NCBI RefSeq assembly: GCF_009914755.1
Contig: NC_060925.1
DNA: 64,000 bases
Direction: 5' to 3' (one strand)
Origin: the human T2T-CHM13v2.0 reference genome, Homo sapiens
The notes beneath the pieces are model-generated. The model was given only the letters and a program-made list of their open reading frames with translations, ran no database searches and had not been told where the DNA came from. The stretch's first letter is position 1; each line of letters opens with the position of its first letter. This document shows positions 54,231 to 64,000 of the stretch, piece after piece. A program made the position numbers and the translations under genes.

Positions 54231-56116
54231 AAGAAAAAAAGAAAAGAAAGCATGTCTTCGACTTTCTAGTCGTCGTGCTTTGTATGGATTCTTCTTTCAA
54301 CCTTGACGAAAGGGTATAATTAATCTGTAATTAAAGTCATGATAGTTTCTTAATACGAGGAAATGTTGTCATTGCGGTTCTCTGAACACAAGAGGGCGCT
54401 GTGGCAAAGCTTACCGTCTGCTCATCCTCTGCCGCAGGAGGGTACAACTTCGTGGGACAAACTTCAAAAGAAAGATGCCATTTCTAAGACCTCATTTATC
54501 ACCTCGGGATAGCCAGTCTTCATGCCTTTAAAATACAGAATAAAAATAACACATAAATCAACACAATTACATTCCTTCTTGATAGCATCACCAGTCTTCT
54601 TGAGGCCTGGCGTCAAACCTCTGCTTCAGTGTTACGTTATGGGGTGCGCATGCCTCCTTAATACCCACCTTGCTGGTATTCTCCAGATGGCTGTCTTCTT
54701 AGCAGTAGATGGAATTAAGCACCATAATGAGGGATATTTTATTTAAATCTGCTTTAAAAAAATCTTCCATGACTTATTCACATGTCTGGTTAGCTATCAC
54801 ACTGCCATTCCATGTGATCGGAAATGAGAAAGATTTAAAGAAAGTAATTGTTTAGCATGCAACGGATGTACCTCTTTTGCTTCAGATGAGAATAGGCAGC
54901 ATAGAAGAACTGGGGCTGATTCGTGGAAGGTTTCCCGTAGCTAGACCCTGGAGGCTGTAAAAAGTGGTTTGGAACTGTGTTTAAAAAATAATAATAATAG
55001 AGGGAATAGTGAGGTACCCAGGAGGAGCAGAGAGCGCCTGTTCCAGCCATGGGAGCATCCCCATCAGATACATAGATGCTCTTAATTAATTAGGCTGCTA
55101 GTAAACCCTCCTGAGTGTGCAAGACAGGAGGAATTCATTTTCAAGCTTTAAAAAAAAAGATGAGTCTTGGGCACACAGCCCTGTGGCCCATTTGTTATTG
55201 TCTTGTTACCCATAAGTCAGCAGTTTTCCTCTCCTGTTGTTGATAGATCTTCCCATACAGTTAGATTTGTTTAGAAAGAAAAGTTTTAAGTCCTTGCAAA
55301 TGATTACAAACTGAAGAACTGGAAACCCTGGTTAGGAAACAATTGGAGCACTATGTATGGCTTAATGAAAGGACACAGTCTTTTTAATCCACCAAGCCTG
55401 AATCATCAGCTTGGTTAAGACTATCTGTAGAAGGTGAGCAGAGCACTTCAAACCTGGCTATTCGCAAGGGAGAGAAAAAAGCTGCCACTGTCCCCTTAGC
55501 ATTCCTCTGCTAATCTTCCATTTGTATTGCAATAAGTGTGCTTTGGCATTGAGTGTGTTTTAAAGCTCCTGCTTAGCTGGCTGGGGGACAAGAAAAAACA
55601 AAACCTCAAGGACACTCCCACTCAGAGGCATAAAAAAATAAACAGTTGTTTCTGCTTTTGAGAAGAAGTCACATGCATGTGGCTGGCATTCTCAGGTGGG
55701 CAAAGGAGAGTGCTCGGTAGCACCTGCCCCAAACCCTCCGTTCTCCCCTTTTTAGGTCGGAAGAGATTCTGCTTTCCTATCTTGTCTCCAGTTTTCACTC
55801 TTAGTCCGTATTTTCCCTCCCCTTTTCCACTCTGTCCTTAACTCCTCTTTCCCTCTTTCATCGTTTTCCTTTATTTTTCATCTCTTTCTTTATTCCTTCT
55901 CAAGGGTTTGCCGGTGGTTTTGCTAGGCAATACTGAGCTTCAAGGCCATTGTCATGGAAGTTTCCAGTCCTGGGATGTGCTTAGACCAGCCTTTAACTAT
56001 GCATCCTCAAAACAGCTGGCAGCCTAATCAAACCTTATTTTTTTTCTCTTTGTGAGAGAGGTGAAGAAGATGATAACATGAAATGAAATCTAGGGCCTTT
56101 AGAAAGAGTCAGCAAA

Positions 56117-56227
56117 CCAGGCGCAGTGGCTCACATCCATAATCCCAACACTTTGGGAGGCTGACATGGGGATCACTTGAGGCTAGGAGTTCAAGACCAG
56201 GCTGGGCAACATAGCAAGACCCCATCT

Positions 56228-56271
<44 letters not shown>

Positions 56272-56438
56272 GCTGGGCATGATGGTAAGCAACCATAGTC
56301 CTGGTCACTCAGGAGGCTAAGGCAGGCGGATTGCTCAAGCTCAGGAGTTTGAGGCTTCAGTGTGCTGTCATTGTGCCACTGCACTCCAGCTTGTGTGACA
56401 GAGTAAGACCCTGTCTCTAAAAAGGAAAAAAAAAAAAG
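56117..56438 (+). mobile_element. AluJ with a (TA)~19 microsatellite in the central linker (56230-56268)
   Basis: J-type ggcaacatagcaagaccccatctct; direct TA run. Confidence 0.92.
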
Positions 56439-56953
56439 AGTTACCGGTTATACATTTTTGAGAGGAGCAATGGGGAAATGCAATCATGGGGTAATAATAA
56501 TCAGGACAAGAGCAGGGGTATGTACTGTCCCCCACCCTGCTGCCCTAAATGCGAGGAAGAAGCCACGTTGCTGGACCCATAATGAGAAGCTTCAGAAGGT
56601 TGATAGAGAGTGCTGATCTTGAAGACATTTAGTCTGGGACACAGACTACATATCAGCATGTCAAACATATCAGCTTGCTTGAATGAATGAGTGAATGAAT
56701 GAATGAGTGAATGAAAAGTGGTGAAGGAAGAAGATGGTTGGGTTTGGGAGAAGAATATGCCTGAAAGATATACAACCACCGGGGAGTCTGTCTTGTCTTT
56801 ACAGATACTTAACTCGGGAACAGACTTGCTGGTTGTCTTGAGTGTGAAGTGCAAAAAGTAAAAATGGCCCTCAACAAAAATATAAGTCAGGCCTGTGTTA
56901 GAGATGTCAAGGATGAAGACCTTTATGATGATCCATTTCCACTTAATGAATAG

Positions 56954-57337
56954 CGTCTTAGTCCATTTTGTGTTGCTATAATGGAATAATTGTGGCTGGG
57001 GAATTTATAAAGAAAAGAAGTTCATTTGGTTCATGGTTCTGCAGGCTGTACAAGAAGCATGACACTGGCATCTGCATCTGGTGAGGGCCTCTCTCTCTTG
57101 CTTCCTCTCTGGCCATGTGATCTCTGGCCAGAGAGGAAGCAAGAAAGAGGAGGAGGTGCCAGGCTCTCTAGGGGAACTAATAGAGTGAGAATTCATTCAC
57201 CCCCGAGGGAGAGTATTAATCTGTTCAAGGGTGACCTGCACCTATGCCTCAAACACTGCCCATTGGGCTCCACCTTAAACATTGGGGAGCAAATCTTAAC
57301 TTTAGCTTTGGAGGGGCCAAGTATCTAAACCATAGCA
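56954..57337 (-). mobile_element. MST-type MaLR solo LTR
   Basis: gtcttagtccattttgtgttgctata…tttataaagaaaagaag…ctaaaccatagca. Confidence 0.85.
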
Positions 57338-60300
57338 GAGTCTCTTTGTGATGATCTTGAGATGAAATTGTTTGGGCCTTGGTTCCTGAGAGGGGTCTTG
57401 CCTTATTCAGCAGTCATATTTTTTTCTAGATAAAATTCTTACTATCCTTTAGACCTGGGGAGAGCCCGTGTATGAAAAACAGAACACAAAGCTGAACTTT
57501 AAATAGGAAAAAGCTAGCAAAGGGACTACCTCTGGGGGCACTACTTGAGCCTGTAAGCAGTGGTTATAGGAGATCTGAGAGTACGGGGGTCCTAGAGACA
57601 GGTCAGTTCTTAGGGTGGGGCAGGATATAAGAAAGGGAGAGTGAGGAAGGCTCAGAAGATGAGGTTTGAACACTTGGCCACCATTTTGCCTGGGATCATC
57701 AGGGGAAGCTCCTGATATGGGAACATCACTCCCAGGCAGGACACCAAGAGGCAAAGGCCAGTGTGCTCTATTTAGTAAGAAGGTAAGATAAGGGCCAGTG
57801 TGATAAGTGCATGGAGCCCCATGGGCATCCAATTAATAAAACAGTGATGGACCACTACAATTTAAAGTCCTTTCTTAGATGAGCTAGGCAAAAGGTTCTA
57901 ATTAGAGATACCTGTCTTCCCCTCTTTTCCCTATAATGCATCCAAAGATCTCAGGTGTAATAGATTTGCAGCTTGTGCTAAGTAGTTGGCCAGAGTGTGC
58001 TGGCTTCTGTGACCTACGTCTCTGAGCGGCCCGAGCTGTCTGTTGGTGTTATCCTGAGCTCGTTGTGGGAAGGCGGCTGGAGCAGGGTGTGCTGCCCATC
58101 TGTGGCTCCATCAGTTTCCATAAGGCTTCAGCTTGATCAGTGCAGCACGAACTGTGGCATGTTTGGGGCTTGGGAGATTGACAGCCCCCCAAAAAGCCCT
58201 CAAAACATGGTCAAGAGGACAAACGAGAATGATAGACATATCTTCACTATTGCCAGCCTATTAACCTATTACAAACTCTGTTTTTAGAGATTAGCCATTA
58301 GTTTTTCCTTCCAAAATTATTATGCTGTTGTCATTTCCTCCACAAACTGAGATATGCCTGGTGAAATGACTTAATTTAAAAAGTAATTTAGATTATATTT
58401 TAAAGAATAAATATTTTCTTCAAACTTATCTGATTTTCAAACGATCATGACTTTAATTTTGCTCTAGTAATGCACTTTCTGAGAATAAATGGGAATCTCA
58501 GTTTTGTAATATGTACCCAGCATTTTTCTTCTTACAGCTATTGGGGGTGCACTGTTGGGGATGTGGTGGGGGCTGGACCTGTGTGGAATAGGGCAGATAC
58601 TGTGTGCGGGTCTCCACTTCTCAAAGGAGCTTCAAAGCTGACTGCACTCATTGATGCAGCGAGCCCAGGGCCTTGTGATGTTCCCTTTCTTGTTGGTTGG
58701 TGCTGGAAAGTCTAGAGTCACAGACTCCTTTTGGACTAGACTATAAATGCATATATACTTTGCAGAGCATTGCCTATTAGTCGCCATTCTCTCCTCAGAG
58801 TGTAGGCAGGTTCCGAGGGCAGCACCTAATGTGGGAAGAGAGAATAGAAGGTTCTGGGGAAGGGGACCCACTCTGGGCAGAGGGAGAAGGATAAGGAGGT
58901 GGTTTGGGGAAGAATCACAATTATCCTTACTTTAATTAATACATTTCCTTGGATGGCACCAACAGTGAACACAGCCACACACTCTTCTGCCCATAGTGCT
59001 AAGTGGGTTCTCTCTTTGACTAGAATTGTGTCGTTGATGTGGAAGTGCAGTTGAATTCAAACGATCTGTAGCTGGTGGCTTTTATTCCTGAAGTTCAAAT
59101 ATAGACAACCCTCTTAGCAGGTTCTACCATAGTTAGCCAACCATGTGTTAATCTCCGCCTCTTTGTCTTCTGTCTTAAAGGAAGTCAGGCCACCCTAAAT
59201 CGCGGCCTCTCATGTGTGCCTGACTGTGGAGAGTGTGATTTTCCAGCAGTCTCTGGGTCTCTATAATGTTTGAATTTGCCTTTGGGGTGCATGCGTGTGG
59301 TATGTGTGGCATGTGGGGTCAGGGGTGGTGAGACCAGCTCTGAATTGTTTCCAGGGCAGCTTGGTGGCACCCTGGCCAGATCCTGCATGTGACATTTCCC
59401 AACAACTCTTTCTGGTCTGTGTCTCACCTGTCATAATTCAAAGGAGAGCCATGGACTGTGTGCGCTAGATTCACCTTCAGAGACTGGAGAGTCCCATCTC
59501 TGTACCACCGTGGACACCTGGACTTCCTCTGGCTTTCTCTTGGGAACTCTGCCAGGCAGAGGCCCTCAGCCGTGCAGTGGGACAGTTCTGTGGGCAGTGG
59601 CAGGAAGCCTTCAGTCGGTGAACAGCGTGAAGACAGCCTGATGCATGCAAGGCGCGGGGATGTGATTGTGTGAGCAGATCAATACCTATATCTCAAAAAT
59701 GAGAACTTTCACTTTAGTACTTGATCACTTACCCTATTGAATTATGTAAGTACTTCAGTCTCTTCAACATTGGCTTTCTTTCATTCTTTGTTTTTTTAAT
59801 CTCCCATCTTAGTAATGAAAAAAAATGTATGTGTCATGTGGTTCTTTTGTAAGGTTATTTCTCTCCATTTGCTTGAAAACTTTCTTATTACTCCTAACTC
59901 CTTTTATTGATTTAATGAAACCAAATGCTCCTGAAAGTTTGACCCTGATCTAGTGATACCTGCACTCTCTAGGTCCCTAAAAGACACCACAGTCTGATGC
60001 TTTGGCTGCAGATGGAGTCACAGAGATGATTCAGCTTTAAAGTGTCTACATCATAGATTGGAAAATGCCTTTCTAGGGCTGAAGTTGTAGCTGTTTCCTA
60101 GACTTCTGTTTATTTTCCATTTCTTTACCCACTCCTGTTTGAAATTCTGCTGTTGTTTGCATACTGTTTGCCTTTGTGTCCCTCTTTCCATCTGTTCTTA
60201 AAAAAAAAAAATCAACTGAGTTTTATTTTAAACCAATCCAGATGACAGGCACACAGTCTTCACAATGCTTTGGAAACCAGTTGAAGAAAATTCTCGTTAA

Positions 60301-61379
60301 ATTACTCATCCACCCAACTCATTTTCCATACGTGATCTATTGTTGGGGTGCCTGCCTGTTTTCAAGATAAGTGCATATTTCAGAGGCAGGTTCCTTTTAC
60401 CCCAGATAAGCAATTATTTAAGAAATTGGCTTTGACATACACTTTCAGTTTTAATTTTTCCTTTTACATTCTGAAATAATCTCTGGTTGCATGTAGCTTC
60501 CCACTACTGCATATAAAGATGTATTCCAGGCATCCGTCAGGAGTTTATCTATTCCATGAAGAAGACATTGCTGTGGAAGAAGATGGTGGGAGGCCTGATG
60601 TCCTTTCTGTGCAGCCCTGCAAGGGCCTTCACCTCCAGGGCCTAGTCTCACAAGCACCGACTCTGCACTCAGATTTCCGACAAGAACTTCTGCTGTAAAG
60701 TGGCCATGTTAAGGAGACCTTGGGAAGAACAAACCCATTATCTGATATTGAGTCACTATGAAAGATTTGGGAGTCTTTCCCATTAGTGCCCCGGTAAGAG
60801 AGGCACAAGAGGATCATGCAAGGCTACTAATCTCCATTTCAAAGCCAAGAAGAGGTCAACGATTTATAGTAGGGCTGCAGATCAGAAGCAAAGCGGACTT
60901 CAGCCTGATAGCAGTCAAAAGACTTGTGTTTCAGCCCCTTTCTATGATGTCCTTTGACTAGCGCCCCTTCCTGTGTCCCTCCCCTGCATTCCATAGCATT
61001 GGGTCTTCTACAAGGGACCAATTAGTGATTTGAAAACCAAAGTGAATAGAGTACTTATAAAATCTGGTGGTGCACTCACAGGAGGAAATGAGTTGGGAGG
61101 GTTTAGGAATTGTAAGGACAAGTTTACTAATGAGAAGGCAGGTTAGGAATATCCTTAAGGAAAATGCAGATGACAAATTTCCAGCTGTCAAGGAAAACGG
61201 GTTCAACCTCATAATTAGATCATTCGCGCAGAGCCAAGGAACTGCAAAACACATGGATCTTCACTGCCATGGGAGACTGACTCTAAGAAGAGAAAGTTGT
61301 CAGAGGGGTTCTGTGTGGAAAATGTAATTGGAGTCCCCAAATTATGACTTCTATCATTGGAAGAGGGCATCTTAAATAA

Positions 61380-61682
61380 TTTTTTTTTTTTTGAGACAGA
61401 GTCTTGCTCTATTGCCCAGGCTGAAGGCTGAAGTGCAGTGGTGTGATCTTGGCTCACTGCAACCTCTGCCTCCCAGGTTCAAGCAACTCTCCTGCCTCAG
61501 CCTCCGAGTAGCTGGGACTACAGGCATGCACCACCACGCCCAGCTATTTTTTTTATTTTTAGTAGAGATGGAGTTTCACTATGTTGGCCAGGCTTGTCTT
61601 GAACTCCTAACCTTAGGTGATCCACCTGCCTGTCGGCCTCCCAAAGTGCTGGGATTACAGGTGTGAGCTACCGTGTCTGGCC
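61380..61682 (-). mobile_element. AluS
   Basis: Full antisense Alu; TSD cttaaataat. Confidence 0.95.
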
Positions 61683-61694
61683 TTAAATAATCTT

Positions 61695-61991
<297 letters not shown>

Positions 61992-62163
61992 AATATTCTT
62001 AAATAGTGATGTTCAAACACATGGCCTGGCCAAAGACTTCCTAACTCACTCTCATTGATTTTTGTCCCTTCCATTCAAAAACACTTGTTTTCATAGTCCT
62101 GTGCTTCAAAACGATAAAACAATTTAACCCTGTATTAACCATCTGAATTATTAAGAATACCAG

Positions 62164-62481
<318 letters not shown>

Positions 62482-62793
62482 TTAAGTGAGATACCAATGA
62501 AGACATGAAAAAAATCTCCATCAGAAACTAGGGTGGAGACATCGTAAGCCCTCAGGATCCAGGCAGAGCATCATCAGGATGTGGCCATCTGGTTCTCTGC
62601 CAACCTTATGCTGTCCTCTCACTTGTCCAACCCATGGATATCAACATTGATAGAAAAATCAATCTCTATCTTTGTAAAATCTGCCCTGTCTGTGGCAAGC
62701 TGAATTTTTATTAAGCTGTAATGTTTGGAGTAGATGATCCAGGATGCTATGGTCAGTGATGGGGAGAGGAGAAGACTCTGCAGCTGAACCTGT

Positions 62794-62911
62794 GGGGATG
62801 TGAGCCACCAGCCCCCGGCCCTGGTGAGTGAAGGCCACCTGTCAGCTGAGTAAGGGGACATGAGCCACCAGCCCCCGGCCCTGGTGAGTGAAGGCCACTT
62901 GTCAGCCGAGT
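62794..62911. repeat. 60-bp-period tandem duplication (2 copies, about 4 mismatches)
   Basis: gggga(tg/ca)tgagccaccagcccccggccctggtgagtgaaggccac(c/t)tgtcagc(t/c)gagt. Confidence 0.95.
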
Positions 62912-63044
62912 GTTAGACAGCCAGGGGCTCCTCATCCTGCTGCCTGGGCGCTCTGGCAATGTCTGCTGCTGTAAGGATGGCCAGCTGCCTATCAAGGTTT
63001 GAAATCATGAGCAGTATTGACCACCCCTTGGGTACTTGGGCAAT

Positions 63045-63089
63045 TCACTTCCCTGGCCTTGACCTCACTTCCCTGGCCTTGACCTCACT
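63045..63089. repeat. Perfect 20-bp tandem duplication within a MIR
   Basis: tcacttccctggccttgacc x2 plus tcact. Confidence 0.95.
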
Positions 63090-63600
63090 GTTTTCTCATC
63101 TGTAAATGAGAAAAAGAGTTGAGATGATCTATAAATTTCCCTCTAACACATCTAGGTCTATCATTATTTAAACATATTAGTTTGAAGGAACTAAACTGTA
63201 CTCCCTCTGAATTACCAAGTACAAGGCTCCATGGTCATTTTCACTCTCCTGTCTGGTGACAGCAGGTGTGGCTTGGCTTTGCTCTTCTCCTTCCTTCCAA
63301 CTTTCTCCTAAGGTCTATAATGGACAACTTAGATCATTCACAATTCCCCCACACAGTTTGGCTTGGGAATTGGGGCCGCAAATAAAGAGGACAAAAGAGG
63401 GAAAAAGCATAAAGCAAACTGTACCAGAAGGTATGTGAATGGCGAGGACACGTTGGCTAATGGGGCCATGGTGTAGCCCATTAACTCAGCTTCCTAGGAA
63501 TGCTCTTGAACTAGTTTCTATTTGGAAATGACTGATAAATGTGGGCTGAAAAGGCCCGAGAGCCCCAAAATACAGCAAGGACACTCTGAAGGACCCCCTC

Positions 63601-64000
63601 TGATATACTTGGGATGTGTGTCCCTGCCCAAATCTCATGTTGAAATGTAATCTTCAGTGTTGGAGGTAGGGACCTGGGGGGAAGTGGTTGGATCATGAGG
63701 GTGGATCCTTCATGAATAGTTTAGCACTATCCCCCGCATTGTACTGTCCTCACGATAGTGAGTTCTCATGAGATCTGGTCATTTAACAGTGTGTGGCACC
63801 TCCCCGCTTGCTCTCTTGCTCCTGCTTTTGTCATGTGATGTGCCTGGCCTCTTTTTGCCTTCTGCCATGAATGTAAGCTTCCTGAGGCCTCCCCAGAAAC
63901 CAAGGAGATGCCAGCCTCATGCTGACTGTAAAGCCTGCAGAACAATAAACCAATTAAACCTCTCTTTTTAATACATTACCCAGCCTCATGTATTTCTTTA
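63601..64000 (+). mobile_element. MST-type MaLR LTR running to the window end
   Basis: tgatat…cccaaatctcatgttgaaatgtaatc…gcttcctgaggcctccccaga…caattaaacctct. Confidence 0.9.

Noticed and set aside
56500-56860. Exon-looking or pseudogene-looking stretch and 117-aa ORF
   Set aside because: No recognisable homology, no convincing splice pair, and it includes a (GAAT)n L2-type tail.

Overview
This is human (primate) genomic DNA, recognisably part of DISC1 (1q42.2) on the + strand. The window holds the end of intron 8, coding exon 9 (5859-6047, the leucine zipper with Leu607) and about 58 kb of the large intron 9. Intron 9 offers three alternative ends for exon 9: read-through (…TAYGR*), an exonised antisense Alu at 42277-42563, and the MIR-derived S-isoform terminal exon at 54060-54115 (GYKYCDAESWTQRSQQLA*). 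The largest accessory element is a two-LTR, internally deleted HERV-H provirus on the minus strand (17203-23184), with a 5-bp GTGTG target-site duplication, a tRNA-His primer binding site and LTR7-type LTRs. The rest is Alu, L1, L2, MIR, MaLR, MER and Tigger repeats plus a few small tandem duplications. I see no prokaryotic system, CRISPR array or new protein-coding gene. The most interesting hypotheses concern transposon-derived DISC1 C-termini and an antisense LTR7 promoter pointing back at the exon 9/DISC2 region. Repeat subfamily calls and isoform lengths are from memory and were not database-checked.
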